Positions 1-10,268 are shown, counted from the first letter of the stretch. The stretch is DNA of 64,000 nt from an uncultured delta proteobacterium (GCA_963785235.1 CAWAUM010000005.1:416001-480000), one strand, 5' to 3'. Program-made: numbers and translations. The notes: generated by a model not told the origin, from the sequence alone.

Positions 1-2361
1 ATCATACTGGTTTGTTCCATCTTTTTTCTCTCCGGAAAAGGATATGCAAAGGAGTGGGAATGGCAGAATCCCCTTCCACAAGGCAATAATCTTAATTCAG
101 TCTGGAGCAATTCATCCAATGATGTCTATGCCGTAGGGTATAACGGCACAATCCTGCACTATGACGGCACCACCTGGAGCACTATGGCCAGTGGCACTAC
201 CAGCGATCTCTGGTGCATCTGGGGCAGCTCTGGCAACAATCTTTTTGCAGTTGGAAATAATGGAACTATCCTTCATTTTGATGGCAGTTCATGGACCACC
301 ATGTCCAGCAAGACCACAAATTACCTCTGGGGTATCTGGGGCTCTTCAGGCAGGGATGTTTTTGCAGTAGGATATAATGGTACGATCCTTCATTATAACG
401 GCACCGAGTGGACCAGCATGAACAGTGGAACGAAGTCAACCTTGAGAGGGATCTGGGGAAATTCGAACACTGAAGTCTATGCTGTAGGATATGATGGTAC
501 AATCCTTCATTACAACGGTACCTCATGGGACATCATGAACTCCGGATCACACAAAGCCCTGTTAGGGATCTGGGGCGTCTCAAACAGTGATATCTTTGCA
601 GTTGGATACGATGGCACTATGCTTCATTTTGATGGCACATCCTGGAGTATCATGGATTCGGGCACCCATAAGGACCTTCTCAGTATATGGGGAAGTTCTG
701 CAAAGAGCGTATATGCCATAGGTGATGGAGGGACGATCCTTCATTTTGATGGCAGCACATGGACCCCAATGGTAAGTGATAGAACAAGTAATATCTATGG
801 TATCGGTGGTGTTTCGGATAAGAGTATTTATGCAGTAGGGGCTGGAGGGATGGTTTTAAACTATGACGGCAGCGAATGGGCCTCCATCACAAATGGCAAA
901 AAGAATAAACTGTTAGCCGTTTTGGGAAACTCGAAAAACGACATACTTGCTGTTGGTGGTGAAGGTACAGTCTTGCGCTATGATGGTAATATCTGGAATT
1001 CCGAAAACATTGGGACTAATATCTCCCTTAACTCCATCTGGAACGGACCGGGAAGCGATATCTTTGCTGTAGGAAATAATGGTGCGATCATTCACAGCAA
1101 CGGTGGGGTATGGAGCAGCATGGCGAGCGGTACGACCAATATCCTCACAGGGGTATGGGGAAACTCGGAAAATGATGTATTTGCCGTTGGTTATAACGGA
1201 ACAATCCTTCACTATGACGGCACCCTATGGAGTTCGATAAGCAGCGGAACAACATTAAACCTCACACAGGTCTGGGGCATTTCAGAAAACAATGTATTTG
1301 CCATTGGAGAAAGAGGAACCATACTTCACTTTGATGGTGCCACATGGACCAGCATGTTCAAAGGCACCCATAACACGTTATTGGGGATCTGGGGCAACTC
1401 GGCAAACGATGTCTTTGCCGTAGGAGAGGCCGGCACTGTCCTGCATTATGACGGCACTGCCTGGAGCCCCATGAACAGCAGGACAACCTCGCTTCTCAAT
1501 GGTGTCTGGGGCGGTTCGGGAAGCGATGTATTTGCTGTCGGCGAAGAAGGCGCAATCCTCCATTATGACGGAACCGAGTGGAACACGATGAGCAGGGGGA
1601 CACGTAACTCTCTCTACAAGATCTGGGGCTGTTCAGACGATGTATTTGCTGTTGGCGATGCAGGGACAATTCTACACTACAATAAATCAGAGATTCAATC
1701 ACCCCCCCCCTCTTTACCTCGGGTCTTAGATGTAGCCGATTCAACTGTTCTCAAGGGTGAAACTAGTGTTGTTGCCGGAGTCTATAAAGACGAGTCAACA
1801 ATGTTGAACACCTCTTTGCAAAATTCCGGAAATGAGTCATCCAAGAACTCCGACGTTCAGAACAACATCTCCTCTCAACCGGTAACTTCTAACGAGGAGA
1901 GCACATTAATAACCTCTCAGGAAAATGCTGCTACTGATACAGGGGTAATAGTATCCAGCAGTATCTCAGGTGCACCTTCACATAAACTCGATGCCGGCAA
2001 TAACCGGCAGGTCGTCATGGCAAGCAGCGTACCTTCTGATGAGGCAGTGTCACCTAATAGAAAAAAATTAATCTCATCCACAAGCAAACTTGAAGATGGA
2101 ACCTCCAAGCCAATAGTGCGTAGTGAGGGTGTACTTTCTGTTCCCATAAATACTAAAGGAACTGTTTCCTCAAGCCTTGGCCCAAATAAGGTGTCTGATC
2201 CAAAAAGAGGGGGAGCAGAAAGGAAAGAACGCGGCGAAAACAGCCCTAACTCGGCAAATATTTTATATGATCAATTTATTAAGGAGATGGCTCTTGTAAT
2301 CCTTGCTGCCTTGGTTCTCCTGGGTGTTTTAAGCATCTACCGGAGACTTGGGAGTAACTGA
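1..2361 (+). CDS. Secreted/membrane-anchored beta-propeller repeat protein (14 x 39-aa repeats, Ser/Thr-rich stalk, C-terminal TM helix); 5' end lies outside the window
   Basis: Frame 1 is open from base 1 (IILVCSIFFLSGKGYA|KEWEWQNPLPQGNNL..., signal-peptide-like). It continues into repeats of consensus LxxIWGxSxxDVFAVGxxGTILHYDGxxW, a low-complexity linker, hydrophobic MALVILAALVLLGVLSIY and a basic tail RRLGSN. Confidence 0.85.
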   Translation: MILVCSIFFLSGKGYAKEWEWQNPLPQGNNLNSVWSNSSNDVYAVGYNGTILHYDGTTWSTMASGTTSDLWCIWGSSGNNLFAVGNNGTILHFDGSSWTTMSSKTTNYLWGIWGSSGRDVFAVGYNGTILHYNGTEWTSMNSGTKSTLRGIWGNSNTEVYAVGYDGTILHYNGTSWDIMNSGSHKALLGIWGVSNSDIFAVGYDGTMLHFDGTSWSIMDSGTHKDLLSIWGSSAKSVYAIGDGGTILHFDGSTWTPMVSDRTSNIYGIGGVSDKSIYAVGAGGMVLNYDGSEWASITNGKKNKLLAVLGNSKNDILAVGGEGTVLRYDGNIWNSENIGTNISLNSIWNGPGSDIFAVGNNGAIIHSNGGVWSSMASGTTNILTGVWGNSENDVFAVGYNGTILHYDGTLWSSISSGTTLNLTQVWGISENNVFAIGERGTILHFDGATWTSMFKGTHNTLLGIWGNSANDVFAVGEAGTVLHYDGTAWSPMNSRTTSLLNGVWGGSGSDVFAVGEEGAILHYDGTEWNTMSRGTRNSLYKIWGCSDDVFAVGDAGTILHYNKSEIQSPPPSLPRVLDVADSTVLKGETSVVAGVYKDESTMLNTSLQNSGNESSKNSDVQNNISSQPVTSNEESTLITSQENAATDTGVIVSSSISGAPSHKLDAGNNRQVVMASSVPSDEAVSPNRKKLISSTSKLEDGTSKPIVRSEGVLSVPINTKGTVSSSLGPNKVSDPKRGGAERKERGENSPNSANILYDQFIKEMALVILAALVLLGVLSIYRRLGSN
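88..1683 (+). repeat. Intragenic tandem repeat, 14 units with 117-bp (39-aa) period
   Basis: Units counted directly in the translation; the last unit lacks its final strand. Confidence 0.85.
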
Positions 2362-2631
2362 GTAGCTGTAATTATATTTTTGCTATGATTAAAAGCAGAA
2401 AGCAACATATTATAATAATAGATAAAATAGTATAATTAAATTACAATTTACCAGATATTTAAATTGCTCAGATTAAGCAACAAGACATTTTGTTAAAGGT
2501 GCAATAAGTAAGCATCGACATGAATGATCGTTGTACCTCTGAAAACCACCCTGCAATGAATACCTAGTACTGTTATACTACGCCTTAAACCTTGTACCCT
2601 CCGAGCCATTCATGTACATATTCGAGAATAT

Positions 2632-4395
2632 ATGACCCAGATTAAAATACTTCCTCAGGACCTTATTAACCAGATCGCTGCCGGTGAGGTCATTGAACGC
2701 CCTGCTTCCGTAGTGAAGGAACTGGTGGAGAATGCGATTGATGCCGGGGCAAAAAGCATAGCTGTGGAGATGGAAGGTAACGGTCTTGAACTTATCCGGG
2801 TCTCGGATGACGGCTCCGGGATGGGTGAGGAAGAGCTGGAGCTTGCCATTAAGCGTCATGCAACGAGCAAGATCAGCACGGTTGACGATCTCTTTGCCAT
2901 CCGGACGCTCGGCTTCAGGGGAGAAGCACTGCCGAGCATACTTTCGGTTAGCAAGTCTGTAATATCCTCAAGAAAGCATCAATCACCCTATGGCTATTCT
3001 ATTGATATGGAGGCAGGTTCTATATCAAGGCGCACAAAAAAAGGTATACCTCCTGGAACCATAGTTGAGGTGGCTGACCTTTTCTTTAATACCCCTGCAC
3101 GCCGGAAATTCCTCAAGACAGCGGCCACGGAGCAGAGAAACGTTATTGATGTGGTGTCACGCTATGCACTGGCCTACCCGCATGTACGTTTTACCCTCCA
3201 CGTCAATAACAGGACAGTCCTGAGCCTCCCTGCCCAGTCAAGCCTGCAGGACCGTGCATCAAATGTGCTTGGAACCAAGCAGTCAGCAAACCTTATCCCG
3301 TTCATGCGGGAACTTCCCGGTATTACCATACATGGGCTTATGGCCACGCCCAATGAGACGAGGCAGAACCGCTCGGGTATTCATGCGTATGTAAACAACC
3401 GGTCTGTCAGGGATGTGTTGCTGAGTTCTGCTGTTATTGAAGGTTACAGCGGCATGCTCATGAAGGGTAGATACCCCATAACCGTACTCTTTGTTGAGGT
3501 GGACCCGGCTGAAGTGGATGTGAATGTACACCCTGCAAAGGCAGAAGTAAGGTTCATGCATGCTTCTGCGGTGTTCGGCTTTGTGGCAAAGACCCTGAAG
3601 GACACCCTCGTGCCCGGTAAGGTGGCAGAGGCAGATTATCCTGGGATTACCTCATCGCCTTTGCCCCAACGTAATGACAAAACAGGGCACACATTCTTTG
3701 AGGTACGCGAAGGCATGTCGGTTGTGTATGGTCCCAAGGCACTTGACCGGGCAAAGACAGCTAGTCTCTTCAGCGATCCTCCCCTGCCGGAACGGGTTGT
3801 ATTCACTTATTCCGACAAGGCAATTATCGGCATGCTGCATGCCACTTATGTCCTGCTCCAGGACGATTCGGCAATGTATATCCTTGACCAGCACGCCGCC
3901 CACGAGCGGATAACCTATGAACGGCTTATGGCCCTGCACTCAAAAGGTCCTTTGAGCACCCAGCTCCTGTTGAACCCCATTATCATGGAGCTAAGCCCTC
4001 AGGAATTCAAAGCCTTTGAGGAGGTTTCCGGGCAGATACGTGCAATCGGCATAGATTGCGAGCCATTTGGAGGCAATACAATCTCCATACGTTCAGTGCC
4101 TCCACCTTTAGGTGAGTCGGATATCACCGGGGCGGTTTACGGGCTTATCCATGCGTTCATGGACGGCGAACTGCCTGTACAAACGCATGGCAATGACCGC
4201 TTCAACTCCATGATCGCCACCATTGCCTGCCATGCAAGCGTACGCGCAGGTAAAAAACTTACTCTTCCAGAAGCCGCCAAGTTGCTAGGCGAGCTTGACA
4301 AGGTAGGTTCACCGCTTACCTGCCCTCACGGCAGGCCATTATTCAAAAAGATCACGAGAGAAGAGATTGAACGATGGATAGGCAGGAGGGTCTGA
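2632..4395 (+). CDS. mutL: DNA mismatch repair protein MutL
   Basis: NQIAAGEVIERPASVVKELVENAIDAGA, GFRGEAL, DVNVHPAK, and endonuclease motifs DQHAAHER, ACH, CPHGRP. Confidence 0.98.
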   Translation: MTQIKILPQDLINQIAAGEVIERPASVVKELVENAIDAGAKSIAVEMEGNGLELIRVSDDGSGMGEEELELAIKRHATSKISTVDDLFAIRTLGFRGEALPSILSVSKSVISSRKHQSPYGYSIDMEAGSISRRTKKGIPPGTIVEVADLFFNTPARRKFLKTAATEQRNVIDVVSRYALAYPHVRFTLHVNNRTVLSLPAQSSLQDRASNVLGTKQSANLIPFMRELPGITIHGLMATPNETRQNRSGIHAYVNNRSVRDVLLSSAVIEGYSGMLMKGRYPITVLFVEVDPAEVDVNVHPAKAEVRFMHASAVFGFVAKTLKDTLVPGKVAEADYPGITSSPLPQRNDKTGHTFFEVREGMSVVYGPKALDRAKTASLFSDPPLPERVVFTYSDKAIIGMLHATYVLLQDDSAMYILDQHAAHERITYERLMALHSKGPLSTQLLLNPIIMELSPQEFKAFEEVSGQIRAIGIDCEPFGGNTISIRSVPPPLGESDITGAVYGLIHAFMDGELPVQTHGNDRFNSMIATIACHASVRAGKKLTLPEAAKLLGELDKVGSPLTCPHGRPLFKKITREEIERWIGRRV

Positions 4396-5297
4396 TCGTC
4401 ATAACCGGGCCAACCGGTTCGGGCAAGACAGCCCTTGCACTTGAGCTTTCCCTTAAACATGCCATTGAAGTAATCTCTGCCGATTCCATGCAGGTTTATC
4501 GTTATATGGACATCGCTACTGCCAAGCCAAGCCCTGAAGAGCGTGCCCTTCTTGTCCACCATCTCATCGACGTGGTGGACCCTGACCAGGAATTTCAGGC
4601 AGCAATGTTTATAAAGAAGGCACGGGACAGAATTGCCGAGGTGAAGTCCAGAGGGAAGATACCGATTGTGGTCGGTGGAACCGGTCTTTATATCAAGGCA
4701 CTCATATATGGCTTGGCCCCTGCACCTGCCCGCATGGATAAGCTGCGGGAGGCCTTGAGATCAATCATTGACCGCAAAGGCATTCACTATCTGGAAGCAA
4801 TACTGCTGAGGCTCGACCCTGATACGGCATCCGTGATCAGGAAGAACGATGCAATACGGGTCATACGATCCCTGGAGATCATCTTTCTGACAGGACGCAA
4901 GACAAGCGACATCTATGCAACACACCGCTTTTATAAGCCTTTGTTAAATGCACAGATCGCCTGCATCATGCCGGAACGCGACCTGCTCTTCAGGGACATC
5001 GATTCGAGGACAATAAAGATGTTCGATAGCGGGCTTCTGCATGAAACACAGAGACTCCTTGAAATGGGCTACAGCACTGAGCTGCGCTCCATGCAGACTC
5101 TTGCATACAAACATGTTACCAGGCATCTCAATGCGGAGATAAACCTGTCTGAGACAATCCGCCTGATCCAGCGTGATACAAGACGATATGCAAAACGCCA
5201 GGTTACCTGGATGAAGACCAGGCAGGACCATGTGTATTTCCAGTCAGCAGGCCAGGCATACAAGGTGGTATCTGAGTGGCTCAAGAAACTGAGTTGA
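4374..5297 (+). CDS. miaA: tRNA dimethylallyltransferase
   Basis: GPTGSGKT, ISADSMQVYRYMDIATAKP, VGGTGLY, TRRYAKRQ; follows mutL as is usual. Confidence 0.97.
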   Translation: MDRQEGLIVITGPTGSGKTALALELSLKHAIEVISADSMQVYRYMDIATAKPSPEERALLVHHLIDVVDPDQEFQAAMFIKKARDRIAEVKSRGKIPIVVGGTGLYIKALIYGLAPAPARMDKLREALRSIIDRKGIHYLEAILLRLDPDTASVIRKNDAIRVIRSLEIIFLTGRKTSDIYATHRFYKPLLNAQIACIMPERDLLFRDIDSRTIKMFDSGLLHETQRLLEMGYSTELRSMQTLAYKHVTRHLNAEINLSETIRLIQRDTRRYAKRQVTWMKTRQDHVYFQSAGQAYKVVSEWLKKLS

Positions 5298-5344
5298 GAG
5301 AGATTCGTGTTCGACTGCCGAGTACGTCATATTAAGCAAGGACA

Positions 5345-5414
5345 AAATAACCTACCTGTTCAGATCATGCACCTCGCCTGGGCGAGGTGCATGATCTGAA
5401 CAGGTAGGTTATTT
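5345..5414. repeat. 70-bp palindrome: perfect 34-bp inverted repeat with 2-nt spacer
   Basis: AAATAACCTACCTGTTCAGATCATGCACCTCGCC-TG-GGCGAGGTGCATGATCTGAACAGGTAGGTTATTT; arms checked base by base. Confidence 0.97.
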
Positions 5415-5493
5415 ACCACCCTTAACCCAACAGCTTCTACATATTGAGTTTTAATATATGGCCTACCCACAAAGCTTATGCTAGACAAACCTT

Positions 5494-6262
5494 GTGGCAC
5501 ATACATCCAAACGATTCTTAGAGCGAAGGCTGAGGAAAAAGGTAGGGCAGGCCATACACGACTATCGGATGATCGAACCGGGCGACAAGGTGCTTGTGGC
5601 CATTTCCGGGGGTAAGGACTCCATTGTAATGATGAAGATTCTCGTAGCCCTGAAAGATGCTGCCCCCCTTGAATTCGAGCTTGTTCCGGTGCATGTGAAG
5701 ACCGGGTATGACGTGGGTTTTGAAAGTGTATCCGCCTGGATCCAGGAGAACCTGGGCTATGAGGTGCTGGTCTATGACGGGTATATCTCCCAGATCATGG
5801 AGGCTGTTGCAGATCCGGGGAAAAGCCCCTGCGCACTCTGTTCCAGGCTCAGGCGAGGCAAACTCTATGGAATTGCTGAAGAATTGGGAGTCCTGTCCAT
5901 TGCCCTTGGACACCACATGGATGACATCATAGAAACGTTTCTTTTACGAAACTTCTACACGGGCCAGTTAGGGGCCATGTCACCGGCACGACGTTCTGAT
6001 GATGGAAAGAACAGGATCATAAGACCCCTGGCCTACTGCACCACAGAGCTCATCACTGCTTATTATACGCATCTTGCAATTGAGCCGGTTGAGATAAGGT
6101 GCCCCATCAGGCCAGACAGTAAACGAGGGCTGATCAGGGACTTTATAAAAAATATTGGAAAATGATATACCTTTCGTTAAACATTCAATGTTTGCAGCCT
6201 TGGGGAATATAGATATGAAGAGTTTGTGCATCAAGGAGAAAACCAATGCGGATCGAAATTGA
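5494..6262 (+). CDS. ttcA: tRNA 2-thiocytidine biosynthesis protein TtcA family (apparent 1-nt frameshift in A6 run 6147-6152)
   Basis: SGGKDS PP-loop, CALCSRLRRG, GHHMDD, RPL. Removing one A restores the C-terminus LENDIPFVKHSMFAALGNID... ending at TGA 6260-6262. Confidence 0.85.
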
Positions 6263-6854
6263 TCCGTTCCGACCGAAACCCCGCGCAGTGTCCCAGGTGG
6301 CGGATATCTTGAAAAAGGACGGAATATTCGTCTATCCTACGGACACGGTCTATGGACTGGGCTGTATGATTACCAATAAACAGGGTATCGATAAGATCAA
6401 CCAGATCAAGACATCAAAGAAACCCAAGAGCATCATGTTCTCTGATATCAAGGAGATAAGCCAGTATGCCAAGGTGAGCAATGAGGCATTCAGGCTCATG
6501 AGGCTGCTGCTGCCGGGTCCCTACACCTTTATCCTCCCGGCTACCCGCCTTGTGCCGCGCCTGTTACAGAGGGACCGCAAGGCAGTTGGCGTCAGGATAC
6601 CGGAGCACTGGTTCTGTAAATCCATTGTCGAGATGGTGGGCGAACCCATCATCACGACAAGTATCCCGCTTTCGGACGATAAGATCCATGTCGACCCCCT
6701 GGAGATCGAGGAACAATTCGGGCATATGGTTGATATTATCGTGGACAGTGGGATCCTGCCCGACATACCATCTACGATTCTCTCCCTGGAGACCGACACG
6801 CTGGAGATCATAAGACATGGGCTCGGCTCAATTGATATGTTTGAACCCCATTAG
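6246..6854 (+). CDS. Sua5/YciO/YrdC (TsaC) family protein, YciO-like
   Basis: YPTDTVYGLGC, LLPGPYTFIL, VGVRIP, PIITTS, PSTI. Confidence 0.9.
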   Translation: MRIEIDPFRPKPRAVSQVADILKKDGIFVYPTDTVYGLGCMITNKQGIDKINQIKTSKKPKSIMFSDIKEISQYAKVSNEAFRLMRLLLPGPYTFILPATRLVPRLLQRDRKAVGVRIPEHWFCKSIVEMVGEPIITTSIPLSDDKIHVDPLEIEEQFGHMVDIIVDSGILPDIPSTILSLETDTLEIIRHGLGSIDMFEPH

Positions 6855-6866
6855 AGGAACCTTGAA

Positions 6867-8330
6867 ATGAAGAAGATGCTTATCAATGCCATTCACCCGG
6901 AAGAGATAAGGGTGGCTGTTGTAGATGAAGGAATACTCAAGGAATTTTATATGGAGAGTGCCCTGAAGGAACAGCTTAAGGGTAATATCTATAAGGCCAG
7001 AATCTCAAAGGTCGAACACAGCCTGAACGCAGTGTTCGTGGATTACGGCCGGGAGAAGCACGGACTACTCTCAGCCGGCGATATCAACCCTTCCCTCATC
7101 CCCGGTTTGGATATGGAGAAAAATATCATGCATTCCCTGCATAAGGGTCTCGAGATCCTGGTACAGGTGATCCGCGAGGAAAAGGGGGCCAAAGGTGCCT
7201 TGCTTACCATGAACATTTCCCTGCCGGGCCGTTTCCTCGTTCTTCTCCCCCACCAGGACCTGGCCGGGATCTCCAGAAAAATCGATGACGAGAAGCAGCG
7301 TAAACGTCTGCGGGAGATTATCGAACAGCTCAAGCCGCCTGAGAACATGGGCATCATCGTGAGGACGGCCGGCATGGACAAGACCAAGGCTGAATTATCC
7401 CGTGACATGACATACATGAGCAGGCTTTGGAAGAGCATTGAGGATCAATTCAGCAAAGCCTCATGCCCGAGCTCCATCTACAAAGAGGGCGACATCATTA
7501 TCCGTACCATAAGGGACTACCTGAACACGGATACTACCGAAATCCTTATCGACGACGATGAGACCCTGGGTAGGGCAGCACTCTTCATGAAGGCTGTAAT
7601 GCCCAGGCAAAAAGGGATCATCAAGCCCTATAAGCAGAACAAGCCTCTGTTCACCAAATACGAGTTAGAGCAGCAGATCGAGGGCATATTCAACAAAAAG
7701 GTAAAGCTGAAGTCCGGCGGCACAATCATTATCGAGCCCGCCGAGGCAATGGTGGTTGTCGATGTAAACTCCGGCCAGTCTACACTTGGCAAGTCCATCG
7801 AGGAGACTGCCTTTGAGACTAACAAGGAAGCAGCTGCAGAAATAGCCCGCCAGCTTATACTGAGGGACCTGGGCGGACTCATTGTCATTGACTTTATTGA
7901 CATGCGCTCCAAGGAAAATATCAGAGGTGTTGAGAAGGCAATGCGCGATGGGATGAAGAATGACCGGGCGCACCTGGTTATAGGAAAGATCTCCAAGTTC
8001 GGGATACTGGAGCTTTCCCGCGAGAGACTCTCACCCCCCTTGCTGGAAAAGAGCCATGTCAAATGCCCAACCTGTGAAGGTGCCGGACTGATAAGATCTG
8101 TTGAATCCTCGGCCTTCATGTCACTTCGCGAGATCCAGCTTTACCTTTCAAGGAACAAGACAGCAAAGATCAGGGTGACCATGCCCGAAGAAGTCTGTCT
8201 GTACGTGCTCAACCAGCAGAAAAGGCACCTTATACGGCTCGAGCAGGAGTTTTCCACCGAGATTATCATAGTCACTTCCCCAACCCTGAAAATCGCTCAG
8301 ACCCAGATTGAAACGGTTGGAAATGAATAA
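6867..8330 (+). CDS. Ribonuclease E/G family (catalytic domain only, no long C-terminal scaffold)
   Basis: GNIYKARI S1 region, DVNSG, LRDLGGLIVIDFIDM, ISKFGILELSR, CPTCEG. Confidence 0.95.
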   Translation: MKKMLINAIHPEEIRVAVVDEGILKEFYMESALKEQLKGNIYKARISKVEHSLNAVFVDYGREKHGLLSAGDINPSLIPGLDMEKNIMHSLHKGLEILVQVIREEKGAKGALLTMNISLPGRFLVLLPHQDLAGISRKIDDEKQRKRLREIIEQLKPPENMGIIVRTAGMDKTKAELSRDMTYMSRLWKSIEDQFSKASCPSSIYKEGDIIIRTIRDYLNTDTTEILIDDDETLGRAALFMKAVMPRQKGIIKPYKQNKPLFTKYELEQQIEGIFNKKVKLKSGGTIIIEPAEAMVVVDVNSGQSTLGKSIEETAFETNKEAAAEIARQLILRDLGGLIVIDFIDMRSKENIRGVEKAMRDGMKNDRAHLVIGKISKFGILELSRERLSPPLLEKSHVKCPTCEGAGLIRSVESSAFMSLREIQLYLSRNKTAKIRVTMPEEVCLYVLNQQKRHLIRLEQEFSTEIIIVTSPTLKIAQTQIETVGNE

Positions 8331-8347
8331 GACTGATCTGGTATCCT

Positions 8348-8387
8348 ATGGTGCCTGTTCAGGGAGGGTCTTCTGAACAGTCACCAT
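8348..8387. terminator. Hairpin between convergent genes, possible bidirectional terminator
   Basis: ATGGTG-C-CTGTTCAG ... CTGAACAG-T-CACCAT; no clear U-tract. Confidence 0.5.
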
Positions 8388-8410
8388 CCTGACCTATCGC
8401 TAGTGGTAAT

Positions 8411-9563
8411 CTATGACTTACCGAAGATCGAATGGGATTTGCATAACTCGTTGAACACCTGGAAGGCATTTCTCCTCTTCAGGCCCCGTATCATTACAAC
8501 GGTCTGAATGAGAGCCCATACCGCGTATACCAGCAGTATCTCTTCCCGTATGCCAGGGATCATAAACTGGATAATCCACAGCATGAACAGTGCGCTTGCC
8601 TCGAATAAGACGGAAGTCCATTTTCACAAGAACGAGAAAGCCCAGGTAGGACTGCACGATGGTAAGCAATATCTCAAGTTTCTGGTGCTCGTCGAAAACA
8701 ACAGGCTCTACCCTTCCCATACCCAGTGAATAGATAAAGGGAATCATTCCCACCAGGAGTGTCCACTGGTTGATGGAAGAGGAGATGAAATTAACCAGGG
8801 CCATGGGCGCCTTTTTGACTGTCCGTGCCCAGTGAAAGGCTGACAGTTTCTCGGGGAATTCGCTCAAGAAAGGAGCCACCCACTGGACAAAGACGAATTG
8901 CGAGATCCCGAAGGATGTGGCCAGGGCAAGCATGGAGTAGAGAAAGGGGTGGGCTGAATAATAGATTATGACCGCCCCGAGGATAAAAAGGCCGACAATG
9001 AGGATGATCGTAACCGGATATGACTGCCTCATGACAAATCTCGGGACATGTCCCAGGTCTTCTATTTCCTCCTCGTCCTGGGGAGGCATCTTTGAGAGCA
9101 AGTAAAGGTAGATGAAATAGATGACAATCAGGATAATCCCGTCAAATATGTTCAGCGTACCCTTGAAGTAAATTATCAGAAAATAAACAAGGGCCGGCAG
9201 GATCGACAGGATTGCAATGGAATGCTCGTCATCCAGTTCAATGGTGAATGACCCGGTGTTCGGACCTTTCAATTTTCTGAAGATCATTGCCACAAAGAAG
9301 ACCATGGGCCATCCCAGTCCGACAAAGAGCCGCAGAGACCCTGTATAGTTCGCCGTTATAAGGTGTACCTTGGCAGGGTCCTTAGCTGCTTCATAGGCGA
9401 TGACGGCCTCCACCGCGAATTCGGGCAGGGTCTGTATCCATGCAAGCACAGCCAGAGCAAGACCTTGTGAGATGAAGAACTGCCCGCATTCTGCAGCCCA
9501 GGCAATGAGCATGGCTGCGAGAACAATGGCAGGAAAGGTCCATAAGGCGGTATAAGGATCCAC
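8411..9563 (-). CDS. Sodium/calcium (cation:Ca2+) exchanger family membrane protein (apparent frameshift near 8605)
   Basis: Alpha-repeat-like motifs QTLPEFAVEA and APFLSEFPEK...NFISSSINQWTL, many TM segments. The shifted frame gives a hydrophobic C-terminus EASALFMLWIIQF...GKS*. Start taken at GTG 9563. Confidence 0.8.
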
Positions 9564-9761
9564 AATAATCTCGCTTTCAGTCGTATGATTGATCAATCGC
9601 CCTGGTCTAAGAACGGATAGATTGCTCTTTTTCAGGTCCAAGCGCCCAATAGCATAGAAAGGAACGGGAGTCCACAATGGGAGTGAACCAGAAGTTCAGA
9701 TGCTGATCCCATGGCGATAAGGCCGGCTTTCAGCTTGGGATGAAAGGATCATCAGCTCGGT

Positions 9762-10259
9762 CTACCTAGCCAGGTTCCAGACGTCAGTCTTGTCTTTGTA
9801 ATGGATTTTGAACAGCAGATTTCGTTTATCCAGGCTGACCTTCTTCGGCTGGTTCATATCGGGAGGGTACAGGATCTTGGGGCTGTCGACCTCGATGGTC
9901 CTCATGAAAGCGTCCAAGATGACATGATCTTTGAAGAGCTCCAGTGTCTTTGTGCCGTTCTTGTACAAAGAGAGTCGAAAGTTGTTTGTCACTAACTTCT
10001 TGTGGAGCGCGGTGCTGAATCCCATTATCTTGCCCTTTTTCATGAACAGAGTCTCTGCACTGATGTTCAATGAGTAGGCCCCGATGTTCTCGGTAAGATT
10101 TATGTTTTTGGCATACGGCCCAAGTATTGTGAGCCGACTTGGAGCCTTAGAAAATTTGGCGTCAGACTCCGTATCCCTGCTGGAGAGAGAGTACAGAACG
10201 GCACACAATATACCGACCAGCAGAAGACCGAGTATGATGTATTTGATTTCTCTCTTCAT
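9762..10259 (-). CDS. Hypothetical protein with N-terminal membrane anchor
   Basis: 165-aa ORF with N-terminal TM (IILGLLLVGILCAVLY) and a Lys-rich remainder; family not recognised. Confidence 0.65.
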   Translation of the reverse strand: MKREIKYIILGLLLVGILCAVLYSLSSRDTESDAKFSKAPSRLTILGPYAKNINLTENIGAYSLNISAETLFMKKGKIMGFSTALHKKLVTNNFRLSLYKNGTKTLELFKDHVILDAFMRTIEVDSPKILYPPDMNQPKKVSLDKRNLLFKIHYKDKTDVWNLAR

Positions 10260-10268
10260 CGAATTGCA

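Noticed and set aside
88-1683. Regular 117-bp periodicity that could suggest a CRISPR-like array
   Set aside because: Units are in-frame, degenerate protein repeats with no identical repeat/unique spacer structure and no cas genes.
2362-2631. AT-rich gap before mutL as a possible origin or island boundary
   Set aside because: No DnaA-box cluster, repeat or att-like sequence visible; treated as an ordinary promoter region.
9564-9761. Possible metal-ion riboswitch upstream of the cation exchanger
   Set aside because: Only a short TTGGGCGC match and weak hairpins; I could not find the remaining conserved elements of Na+ or yybP-ykoY motifs. An Infernal/Rfam scan would settle it.
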